A stretch of 63,975 bases of DNA, counting the filler, from Reticulomyxa filosa (Eukaryota > Protista > Foraminifera), in NCBI GenBank assembly GCA_000512085.1. It is 19 parts of 19 records of this genome, joined end to end, with 100 filler letters (N's around TTAATTAATTAA, not from the genome) between each part and the next. Parts side by side here need not be neighbours in the genome. Positions count along the whole stretch, not along the records: positions 10,764 to 14,182 come from ASPP01026757.1; positions 14,283 to 17,120 come from ASPP01000217.1; positions 17,221 to 18,671 come from ASPP01007381.1; positions 18,772 to 30,685 come from ASPP01023888.1; 15 more parts are not named here. One strand, 5' to 3'. The notes beneath the pieces were generated by a model. The model searched no databases and was not told the DNA's origin. It worked only from the letters and a program-made list of their open reading frames with translations. A program made the translations under genes and the position numbers. Shown here piece after piece: positions 12,937 through 25,115 of the stretch. Numbering within the stretch: position 1 is the stretch's first letter; each line of letters opens with the position of its first letter.

Positions 12937-13414
12937 ATGAGTCAAGAAGATATTGCAATTCTTAAGCAAGAGCTGCTCAGCATAAAAGATTCTTTGGAAA
13001 AAATTGAAGATGTCAACGTCAAACGAAGTCCAGTTGAAGGCTTCTCTTCGTGTGAGCTACAACTACATCTCTAAACAAGTTTTACGCAAATGGTTACAGG
13101 AATTGGTAAATTTGAGTCAGAGATTAAGAATACTAGAGGAAAGAATAGACACAGTTGAAATAAATATATGAAAATAACAATATTACCTCCTGAACGATTT
13201 AACAACTGATATATAAACTATACAGGAAAGCCCATTCGATGTTGCCAAAGATATCACATCAAATGAACTTTTGACCATTTGCACGAAAGTAAGTTTTTGC
13301 CTTTTGTTTAGTTTTTCGATATAAATCCAAAGAATACCTAAGATTTTCTAGAAAGTTCCTGACATCACAAGCTTTTTCAAAAAATGTCTTATTAAATGGG
13401 GTTGTGTGGAGTGA
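12937..13414 (+). CDS. Putative small 4-exon coiled-coil protein (not in ORF track)
   Basis: Short open exons MSQEDIAILKQELLSIKDSLEKIED / ELVNLSQRLRILEERIDT / ESPFDVAKDITSNELLTICTK / KVPDITSFFKKCLIKWGCVE*, separated by AG acceptors. Only one donor is a clear GTAAGT. Confidence 0.4.
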
Positions 13415-14375
13415 TAGAAAACAAAACAAAAAAAACTATAAACATGTATTTCTCTATGCTCAAAACATAGGGAGTAATGAGTGGATTTGGTGCTGCTGTG
13501 GGCACAATGGCATGGCGATCTGTATTTTATTTTGTTTGGGAAAGATTATTCTTTCAAAAAACGTGTCAAGGGCATGAAAATGCGCCGAAATAAAAGGACA
13601 TTGTAATTTCGCTTTGTGTGTATCGAACAAGTGCGGCACACAGAAAAAAACAACTTTCAAAAAAAAGGCCACTTAATTGAAATTTGGGCATGGGATACAA
13701 AAGAAATTTTATAATTTTTTCTTTAAAACAATCTGCGATCTTTGTTTATTTTGTCGTCTCTATAAAATGTCTCAGGATTTTTACTATATTCGGCAAATGT
13801 ATTGACATACTAGCAAAAAGGAACTTAGGATTGCAAATTTCACTTATTAATTTTTTTAAAATATTTTTTGTGGACAAACCAGGTTTGGTCCTTTCAATTT
13901 TTTTCTTTACTCTTTTATTGCTGTTGAGTTAACTATGCAAGCAATTATTACGGATCTGAACTGTTCACGACAGTATTTCCAACTTTTTGCTTCAACAAAA
14001 AACTTGTTAGCTGTTTCAAAATTTGATTCCATTTTCCATAAAAAGTATGTAAATAGATCTCGTTTTAGACAATAGTTCTAGTTTTCTGAATTTAAGCATC
14101 ACAACTTTCAATAATTTAATTCAAACTTCCTTAAGCAATGTCAAAATTTTTATTGTTGAGCTAAACAGACTTAAAAATATCCNNNNNNNNNNNNNNNNNN
14201 NNNNNNNNNNNNNNNNNNNNNNNNNNTTAATTAATTAANNNNNNNNNNNNNNNNNNNNNNNNNNNNNNNNNNNNNNNNNNNNTGCCATTTTAGGTGTCAA
14301 CTTTACTTTGCATTCTACTGTATTATTTGTATGCTATATGGTGTACAACTGACAATATAAAAAAAAATTATTTTT

Positions 14376-16195
14376 ATCGTAAAAGGCACCAACTCGGAGT
14401 GGAATCGGCAATTAGTGCTGATTTCGCACCAATAGTGTCTCAAATATTGGTGAATGATGCTTCCAAATTAGTACACGTGACGCCAGTTCAAAGTCAACCA
14501 AATGCGGCCAATGTCTTAACCATATTGCAGTGACGTTGATAGTATGTCGAGTGTGTTTTGTGTTTACTTCGTGTGTACATGTGTTATTTTTTTTTATATG
14601 TGTACGGTATACGTAATCAACAACATTTTTTTTAATTTGAGTAGAATGGCGATATTGAAAGCAGTAGATAACAATTGCTCAATGGAATTGAAAAGACAAC
14701 AAACGATAGAAAGAAACGTTGAAAATTCAGGAAAGTGCGTTGATAACGCACCGATTGTGGACACAACGTAACTTTGCATGACAAAAAATGCAAGACATCA
14801 TTGACTACTTACAAAAGCAAGAAATTTGCATAAGCGAAACACTGCATAAGATTTGTGAATACTGAATGGCGAAACGCATTCAGGGATATAATCCGACAAT
14901 TGTGGTAATAGGTACTAATCATTATAATGAATCAATATCAGAATGGTGGTTAGACCGCGAAGTGTAGCGAAGAGCGCAGGTGCAGAAAATCCTAGTTAGT
15001 GGCAATTGAAAAGAAATACGCTAGTCAGAAGCATCTGTTGATGATGCTTGTATTGTGAATGAGCTGGACGACATAAAGGAAGTGCGACTTACATTGATCG
15101 CGTGTTGAACAAGCCAGAAGAAGATATAATGCGACATTTGTACATACAGATGATATTGAACGAAAAGGTCAATCTGGACAATTACCATATTTTGGCGACA
15201 GTTTATGATTGCACCATGTGTTATTTGCTCGATAAGACACAATGACTTTTTGGACTCCATTGTCATTACTTGCCAAACTTGGAAGAGCTCCTTTCTTGGA
15301 GGCTAATCAAGTCAAAGATATGTCCAACTGGTCTTGTCCAGTATCAAAGCTTTGGGAATACGTCTTCCTAGATACTATTCAAAAGACTGAATGGATCAAC
15401 AAAAAATGTACATATTTTTTGTGACTAATCCTTTTGTGTTTAAAAAAAATTTAAAGATATTACTATTATTTATATACATATATGTATATGTACATGAATG
15501 TACTATTTTGACGTGCTGAGGTGGAGACACAAACGACAAATACAAATGTCCAAATACTTGTTCAGATGCTTTCAGCAACTGCATCAAGTTAGACGCGTTC
15601 AATAGATACTACTCGGTGTTGTGATAAACGACAGAATGGCTATTAAACTTCTGCTAGATTCCAACGACTCCGACTCTGAGCAAATGCGGGAGCAATTCTC
15701 CAGTTTTTTCGTCGTTGTGGACAGAAGACGGTGACAACACATATCAACTGCTCACAATATCGCTACATCTCATGATAGTACCATGTGCATTCTGCATGGT
15801 GATAGTCCACACGATCCTCGACAGACTGCCTTCGATGACGCCGCATGGCTGTGCAAGTACGTGTAGACGGCGGACAGTGTCTTGAGCAGTTCGGACAAGA
15901 GACTGCATGTGGAACATCCATTCAAGCAGATCGGCCATATAAGGCCCATGTCATCGCCAACGGCACAAGCGAGCATGGAGATGCACTTGATCGCATGTTC
16001 GAACATTTTGCGAATGGTTTTGTGCCGGCACTGGTACCATAGTCATGTAGGTTCATCTCATTTCAATCGATGACACCATATGAGCATTGACACCGCCTTG
16101 CGACATTGAGTCGTGAATATTCATTGACTACTGTTCGTGTATCTGCAGTTGGAATTGACCCTTTCTCAATCTTAATGATAGACATAAAACAGAAA
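14376..16195 (+). pseudogene. Degraded multi-exon pseudogene of an unidentified large protein
   Basis: Higher-GC coding-like blocks separated by intron-like AT-rich segments (e.g. GTATGT 14542 to TAG 14644). The frame from about 15520 reads as protein but has several in-frame stops and a frameshift near 15940. Confidence 0.45.
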
Positions 16196-17233
16196 ATTTG
16201 CAGCAATATGTCAAAGTTTTTTTACATCACCACATTCCTTTATATCACACTTACCTTGTGGACTAGCCCAACATACAAAAGTAAAAAAAATGAAAAAGTA
16301 CATTTAACAAAAAATTTCTCAAAGCTTACTTGAACTTGAAGAAAGACATGTCTAAAACAAAAAATACCTTTTGCAGTAGATCTATCAAACAATGTTAAGC
16401 ACCATGATATAACAAATAGGTATTTACTTAAGAACTTCAACACAAAAATCCTATATATGTTATAATGATGATAATGATGTTGGAACTCCTATGAATGAAA
16501 AAAAAATGTTCAATTTGACAAATTCTTTTTCTAAATTAAATGATTGTATTACATCTTCTGATAGATACTATTATGATATTTAATATGGATTTCAATTATT
16601 TTGGAATGCTGAAAGAGAAATTGTTAAATATGAATGACAAGAACACGATAGATTGAACACTAAAAGTTATTTTTTTTAGTAACAACAAAAAAGAAACATT
16701 CAAAAAATTTTATATTTTCTGCAGATAATTCTTTATTAGAAAAAAAAAGGATATTTAACATATTGTAAAGCATTTCTTTGACGTCAATTATTCTTCAATT
16801 TGGTGCTTTCCTTTTTATTTTTGAAATCTGAGCTAATAATTTACTCCCTTTGTAGAAAGACGTTAGAATCCAAATTTTGCAAAATCTTTCGTTGTTCTTT
16901 TGTTTGAGCAAAAAAAAAGAATGCAATTACAAAATAAGATAAAAATGAATGATATTTGAATTTATCTTTTTCAAAATTGTTATACATTCTATTTTATTCA
17001 TGTAATTGAATCGACACATAAATATACAGTAGATTGCAAAAAAAACTGCCATACCTAAATGGCACTATATTAAGATAATCGATTTTCTTCATGAAAAATA
17101 AAGATTTAAACCTAATTTTTNNNNNNNNNNNNNNNNNNNNNNNNNNNNNNNNNNNNNNNNNNNNTTAATTAATTAANNNNNNNNNNNNNNNNNNNNNNNN
17201 NNNNNNNNNNNNNNNNNNNNTGTATATACATAT

Positions 17234-17840
17234 TTATATGTATATAGACGAAACAGTAGCCCATGTTTTGGATTTGACAATCGAGTTTTTAGTTCGATCT
17301 CTTTCTTTTTCGTCGTGTCCACCTAGCAGCCCGTGCTTTTCCAACTTTTCCTTTCTCGTTTCGAAGGCGATGAGCGACGTGTAATGACTGGGCACACAGT
17401 GTTCGATCGAAGACTGAACCACCTTGCGGATGACAGCCTTGTCTTGTGAAAACCAGGCTTGTGCGGTCAGCAAATCGATCTTTTGTTTGATTAGGATTTT
17501 GTCGACGGGCAGATGGGGCGTTTCGATAATCGAAGCGGAGATCTGCTTTTGTTCGCCATTGGCGTCGAAGCCTTTGACAACGACAAAGTCGTCTTGCGTG
17601 ACTGAGCTACAAGGGTTGCAATAATGTACCGCAGCAACAACCGGAGAAAACATAAATAAATCCGGGACAGGAAGGGGATACACTTCGAGATCGGTGCACG
17701 TGAGTCCAATTTCGATATCCGTCATCACCGGGATGCTGGCCATTTTCAACAAGTAGTCGATTTTGTTGTAAATCTTTTCGTGTTGTACAACCACGTCATT
17801 GAACCCTCGACCAAGTTTCGACAGCATCTGTTGTTGTTAA

Positions 17841-17875
<35 letters not shown>

Positions 17876-18558
17876 AATGTATATATGTATATTGTATATT
17901 TATTTATTTACTCATTCATTTATTATTTAACTTTTAAAAAAAACCAATTGCAATAACGACCAATGCCCAACGTAAGAAATCTTGTTCGTGTTGCACCTCT
18001 TCGCTCAATCTCTTGACAGATTTCTTTTTCATTTGCGACGGCGCCATCTGTAATGAGCAAAATGAATGGCAGCAGCGATGACTCTTCCAACACCGCCAAG
18101 GCCTTTTCAATGGGATTATCAATGACAGTGCCTCCTCGCTCCGGGCCAAACTGTTGTATCCACGACTTAGCCGCGATAATATTTTCTTTGTTTGCATCGA
18201 CGAGTACTTCCTTGAAGTACAGCTGTCGATGGTCAAACGCGCAGATCGCAAACTGGTCTCTCTCGCGAAGACGGTCCAATCCACGGAACAATGCCCGAGT
18301 GGCCTCTTGAAAAGGCTCTCCTACCATCGATCCCGATCGATCCAGCAAGAAGAATACTGCTCGTCCAAATGTCGCCGCGAGGTTCACTGGCGGGGTTACA
18401 AACACACACATCGACCGACTTTCGCTTTTATTTTCACTACCACCACTGCTCTTGCTATCGGAGCTCGTCTCGTCATCCTTTTTCATTATCGCGTGGACCA
18501 TTATGTCATCTGTCTTGACACTGTACGACAACTCAAAATCACGTCCCGTGGAACTTAG
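17234..18558 (-). CDS. VIT/vWA (inter-alpha-trypsin inhibitor heavy chain / VWA5A-like) protein, internal fragment
   Basis: MIDAS motif LLDRSGSM, GGT..D.P, ILLITDG, FLTLGIG, then LSKLGRG, VYP.P.PDLF and S.YTSLIA. Intron at about 17830-17931. Confidence 0.88.
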
Positions 18559-19979
18559 TGGTTCCTTTTTTTTATTGTGCAGGTTGCAACAAAGGATTGT
18601 TTAAAAAAAAAAAAAAAAAAACCCTACTGAAACGACATGTACGTTTTGGTGTTTGTTGTAAAAAAAAAAAANNNNNNNNNNNNNNNNNNNNNNNNNNNNN
18701 NNNNNNNNNNNNNNNTTAATTAATTAANNNNNNNNNNNNNNNNNNNNNNNNNNNNNNNNNNNNNNNNNNNNAAGTAAGTAAAAATCAAAAAAGAATATTT
18801 TAATCAGACATGAACATTCTGGCGCCGCCTGGTTTAAAAAATTCTTTTTGGTTTTTTCTGCATTATTTTTTTTCCAAGGCGCATTTTTGTTAGGTTGGGT
18901 GATGTTTAGTCTTGTGTTACTATAATGAAGCAATTGCCTAGAAGAATGAAATACATACTATTTGATTTATCTTTGTCGTCGAACACGATGTTTGTCAAAA
19001 CAGACACCAGATAATTCCTTAAAAATTTTGCACAGTCTAATTTCATCGAAAAGAAATAAGTTTTTGTCTTGTTCTTACACTTTTTTGATTGCACTGGACT
19101 TACAATTTGTGATGTTTTGACTTCACGTCGAAGCACAAGTGATTATTTTGCTAGGCCTGACGAAGGCATGATATAGATGAATTACACAGTGTCAAGAATT
19201 ATCCGCAAGACATTGTATTTGATTTGTCTGGGTCTCAGATCAATAATAGTAGTGGAATAAGACAAACGGACTTTCTTTTAAAATTTTGTGTACTACAATG
19301 TGACATGTAATAATATAAAATTGCGACAATTTGTCGATTCATGAGGATATAATGGAATCATATATTTATTATTCAATTTTCGTCCAAGCAAAAATAATAG
19401 CATAAAGTTAAAGTAAATGTTCAATGTTTCAATGTCCATCATAATTACGGCTTATGCTTCAATCTGGTTTGATATTTCTAGATTTGTCAATGCAAAAATT
19501 TCAGACATCTGCTCTATCACGTAATGATGCTAATGTCTCGTTTGCCAAATATCGACATACAATAGCGCTGCGACACTGCAATATGTCTTTTGCGATCTTC
19601 CATTACTATCTCTAATTCTCTTGATGTATCTCTTTGTGAGAAAACTTCTCTTTCAATTCCTTTGCAATAACCCGAATGTATGTCTTTCATACAAAATTGA
19701 CAACTGACATACTCTTTCAATAGTTTCACAAAATGTAAATACATTAATGTGTCATTTACTCTGTTTTTTTGTTTGATGTATCATCATTAGTAATAAATAG
19801 TAAAATCAACCATAATGAAGTACATAAATTATAGATTATAGCAAATATTGTACATATACTAAAACAGGAAAGATGTAAAAATTATAGAACTATATCATTA
19901 TTATCTTGTGTGTGAAAGTTATTAGAACTTATAATAACAATTATACTAATTTACCTAAATGAAAATAAATTATTATATT

Positions 19980-22418
19980 ATAATCAAGCTTGTTTTCAAT
20001 CATGGCATAACAAATCAGAACTCCTTCTGCGAATCTTGGAAACAATTTAAGCGTCACTTGACAATAACGCAGTTACATATTGCATTGCACTAGATATTTG
20101 TGCAGCTTATGGTAATGTATGTAAGGACTGACTTATGTACAAAATGATAAGTTAATTCAACATTAATGGGAGCATGTACTGTTGTATTGACAGTTTTCTA
20201 AATGATAGACTTGGACAATTTGTATTAAATGGTTCAAAATCAGATCTGCATAAATTTGAAGTAGGTTTACCACAATGATCATCACTATTGCTTCTGTTAT
20301 TTCTATTATATATAAACGATATCGTCAAAATGGTAAAATAATCGATTCAATGTGTAATATTTGCAGACGATATAGATCTATAGATGTCCAGTATACTTCT
20401 GATAAAAACGAAATGAAAAGTTAATTAGATTTACTACAAGAAAATCTAAATGTGATTAATGAATGAAACCTTATGTAGAAATGAAACTGGCTCCAGAAAA
20501 ATCTCAATGTATCACTTTTAGAAATAAGAATAAAAGAAAGTAATCAAGATTTAAAATTCAACTAAATGAAAAATACATTCAATAAGAAGGACAAGTTAAA
20601 TATTTATACTTATAATGTGCTCCAAGCTTACGTATAAGCGGCATATATACTATGTTTATGTGAAAACTGATCGAAATCTTGGATAACTAGCATATCTATG
20701 TTCATATAAAGGAATACGACTAAGCGTGACGTATATACTTTAATTATAAAACAATCATACTTCCTATTCTGAAGTATGACTGTCCATTTTGGAATGTAGC
20801 AGCAAAAGTCCATAGAAAAAATTAGAACGTACACAAAGACAGTCAATTTGCACAATCTTGTAGTTATGAATATTACATTGTACGATACTGTAAACATTAT
20901 ATCACAGATGCGTCATTGGAACTAAGAAGACAACAAGAAGAAATCAAATTATATCACAAATGTATTTGTTTATCCAAAAAACTTCATACACATAATCTGT
21001 CAATTGCTTACAAATTATATAAAGTAAATCATATAGTCCCCAACGGAGAAATCTTTTGCTGGAAAGGCAAATTATCTACAATATCAAGATCATGTATCCA
21101 TGCAAATGAAGAAAAATTTCCACACGTTATGACAGACAAACATCAATTTATCAATAGACCACAAAAACAAAACAAAAATTCCTCATTCAATAAAAAATCC
21201 TTTTCCACAATGTTCAGAACAGTCTTCAGAAGAAATATTAACGTCATTACAAAGGAACGTTGTTGTTATATATGTTGATTGCTGTGCATTTCCGAATCCA
21301 AATTTGGAGGAGTCTGAATGATTGTTCAAGATCAATCACTTACAGAATGTATGGAAATTGAATACCCAATTAATTATATTGTTACAAATCGATTGTGATA
21401 TATAGTAATAAAACACACGTTGAAATACGCAAAATTACACTACATAGAAAAAAAAGAAAGAGTAATAATATTAAGTTATTGTAAATTTGTTATTGAGTCA
21501 ATAAAAAACAATAATAATTCAGTGATATATGAAATCAAATCAAAGTTTGTAAAGACATCTTATGTAACCTTGTAGTGAGATCATCTCATGAAATATATTG
21601 GATCAAGAATACTATAAAATATCAGTAAATGAAAAAACATATATTGTAGCCAAACTTACCTTGAGAAAATTTTAGTCTAAGCAACAAACATTAAGTAAAT
21701 TATTGGAAAACACAACACATATCATTAAAATAAAAGGATTAACTCTAAATTTTGCTACTATATGAATCGATATGGATAAATGAAGGTTCAGAAACAATAT
21801 AACACAGACATCCAAAAACTTTCTTCCCAAATTTAATTGAAACTCGATCTTTTGAAAAGACTGTACTTCATCTAATCCAAGAACATGAACGCAGAATTAT
21901 ATGCAGAATAATCTCAGGCAAAGTAATGTGAATGAGTATTTATAGAAGATCGAGCGCACGTGAATGCAAAGTGTGCATACATAAAACAGAGTCAGTAGAA
22001 CATTATTTGATAAAATGCAAGCAATATAATAATATACAAAACAACTAGTATTCAAAATTAATATTATTATTCCAGATATCAAGGAAAATGAATTCAAATT
22101 AAAAAATTTAGTGGTTGGGTCAAACGCATGTGATCCTGATATAAGAATCAAAGTATCGTAAGAACTCGTGAAATATATCGCAGAAACAAAAAGGAAAATC
22201 TGAACAATACAACTAATAAACCAAAAACCTTTACAATCTAAAAGATATTAAACAAAAGACTGTGATTTTCTTTTTTTTGATTGCTATGTCCTTTCTGGGT
22301 TTTGTACTTTAACTTTCTATTTAAGCAAAGTGTGCTGACTTTAGTGTAAAGTGTTAAGACAAAGTCTAGAATCAAACACTTTTACTGTCTCACTTATTGC
22401 AAGATCGAAAAAAAAAAA
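19980..22418 (+). mobile_element. Decayed 5'-truncated non-LTR retrotransposon (LINE): RT, RNase H-like region, C-terminal Cys region, poly(A) end
   Basis: GLPQ*S..LLFLLYINDI (about 20264) and IFADDI (20360), KLAPEKSQCITF, RRQQEEIKLYHKC, a degenerate RNase H start (about 21270 YVDC..PNP), and an A-run at 22408-22418. Many stops and frameshifts. Confidence 0.85.
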
Positions 22419-22804
22419 TTGCTTTTGTAAAAGCTTTCTTAACAATAATATACATATGTATGATATACATAAACTCTAACATATCGAAACTCGTAGATTG
22501 ATCAGCGGTATCACTGAGAAACAATTACAATTTTTTTTACTTCCTTCACATGAAATTGTAGAAATTTTTCACAACTATCAACAAAAGAAAAAATATTTTA
22601 AGATCATATTGCAATGTTGTGAGTTGGGTATTGCTATACAGCTTAAAATACTTGTCTTTACAATAAGCAATGTTCATTACAAGCATCGATTAAAACAAAC
22701 CTCAGCAAAATACCAGGACATTATCATTTACGACATAAATAAAAAAGTGTGCATTATTACGAAAGATAACACACCTTCAGGGAAATAGAGGGCGTTTTTT
22801 TGAT

Positions 22805-24456
22805 ATGAGTGCGTCGCGTGCTTTGGAAATTATTGAAGGGCTTTTAGTATTGCTCGAAAAACATTCTGATTCACAAATGTCGAAATTATATGATGAGAAG
22901 AAGGACGGATTATCAAAAGAAACGTACGAGTTCTCACCAGAGCACGGCTTTTGCCATGATAAAAAAGAAACACGTGCTACGAATCGATTTAAAAACAAAG
23001 TTATTATAATTACCGGTGCAGCTGGAAATTTTGGCACTGTGTGTGCGCATCGCTTTGCTTCGGAGGGAGCCCAAATTGCGTTGTGGGACCTGAAAGAGCC
23101 GTCCGCGGTCAAGGATCAAATTAGCAAGCAGCACAAGGTTCATGTTGAGTCGTACGTTGTCGATGTGACAGACGAAGATAAAGTCAATCAAGCCACGGAG
23201 CAAGTGGCAGTTACGCTATAAAATGTTACTTTGATGTACTGTTCTTTTTCATGTCCCCTTCGCATTTTTTTTATTGTTTCATCCTTGCAAATTTGTTAAT
23301 GGGGGGGGGATTGTTGGATAGAAAGATTTTGGTCGAATTGACTATTTATTTAACAATGGTATAATTTCTTTTTTATTTTTTTTAATTTTTTTGACGAGGC
23401 TGAAATTTTTCCAAACTATTCAAATAACTTTCTATATGTGTCCCCTCCTTCCTCTGTTGGCATCAGCCGGGTATCAAGGCGATTTTGTGAAAACGCATTT
23501 ATATTCAGTGAAAGATTTTCGCAAAATCCTGGATATTAACGTTACCGGGGTGTTTATTGCGTTGAAAGGTAATTTTTTTATAAAAAAAGGTTCCCACGAC
23601 CACATATGTACAACATCCCTCTCCTCTCCACCCAAATTAATAATAATCCCCTATCGCTTTGGTTTGTTGACAGCTGTTGCCAATCAAATGATCAAGCAAA
23701 AACCGCAAGGGGGAGCTATTGTCAATACTGCTTCTATGGCTGGACATGGACGTAAGTTTGTGTCTGCTTTGTGCTGAGATTGAATTTGTGTGTTTTTGAT
23801 ACCATTTCCAATGGGAGCAAAAAAAAAAACATATATCTCATTCATAATACAATCAATAGTCCCACCAAATATGATCGCTTACGCGACTTCGAAAGCGGCT
23901 GTTGTTCATTTCACGAAATTGGCTGCTAAAGGTGTGCTCTTTTTTCTCCTCACAAACTTTTTGTTATGTGTTTGACAATATTCCACCTCGCACTCTTTTG
24001 ATTTTATAAGCGTTTTTGTATTTTTCACTTTAACAGACTTGGCTCCTTACAACATTCGGGTGAACAGTGTTTCTCCGGCCTTCATTGGTCCTGGTTTCAT
24101 GTGGACCCGTCAAGTCGAGCTGCAAGCAAATGCGGATTCTGTTTATTATGGCATGCTGCTCTTTTCATTTTTATTTTTTAATGCTTTGTGGCATATTAAT
24201 TGTGGCCATTCGCCCTTTTTTTTTTTGAATAGACAAGGATCCTAAGAATGTTGCGAAGGCCATGATAAATGAACCTCCAATGAAGAGATATGGAAGCATC
24301 GATGAGGTGATCGGCCCTGTTGCTTTCTTATTGTCAGATGACGCCAGCTATTTGACTGGCGTCGACATTAAAATCACAGGTATGTGTTTTTAATGTTGAA
24401 TATAACAATAGTTAACTGTGTTGTTATGTGGTAATATAGGCGGAATCACTGGTTAG
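22805..24456 (+). CDS. NAD-dependent short-chain dehydrogenase/reductase, xylitol-dehydrogenase-like, 8 exons
   Basis: TGAAGNFG, NNAG, NTAS, YATSK, IRVNSVSP. The spliced product contains NNAGYQG, PPNM.AY.TSK and GPGFMW.RQVELQA. Introns start at 23210, about 23359, 23569, 23752, 23932, 24151 (GC donor) and 24380. Confidence 0.9.
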
Positions 24457-25115
24457 TTTTAAAGAATAATTGGGGAAGAAGAAAGGATAGAATTACAAAT
24501 TATATTTCATTATTACTATCATTTTTTTTTAAAATCGACTTTGATTTGTTTAGAATCAGTGTCGATTCTTTTAAAACATCTAATTTGGTACGTAATTCCT
24601 GACACTACCAAAAATTTATCATTACTAAATTATGCCAATACATTTCAAGGATATTCATAAATTGCATTAATCTTAGCTCAAAAATTTCATTTAAAAGGAA
24701 TTCTGCATAAATACGAGTATTTTTTAATTAATAACTCGAATTTAAAAATAGATAACGGATTTGCCACAACAAATTGCAATGCAACAAATCTTACTTTTTT
24801 ATATTTTTTCTCTAAATATAATGCAAGGATAACACGATACATTTCGATTATTTGTTAAATACCAAATTTGGATATTAACCGACTATATTATGAACAAGAA
24901 CTTAGTTATCGTAATGCTAGATAGCAATTGAATATAGATATTTTTCACATATAATATGAAGAAATAAATGATGACAGCACTACAAATTAGCAGAAGATAC
25001 ATGAGCAAACAGTTACGACGTTGGATGCTGTCACTATTTTCGTTTAGTTCAAAGGGACAAAAAACGACCGACCGATTTTTGTAGTTTTCTATTTATCTCT
25101 ATAAAAAAGAAAGTG

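Noticed and set aside
15520-16190. Stop-codon reassignment or readthrough to explain in-frame TAG/TGA
   Set aside because: Both stop types and frameshifts occur, and intact genes in the window end at TAA, TAG and TGA, so decay is the simpler explanation.
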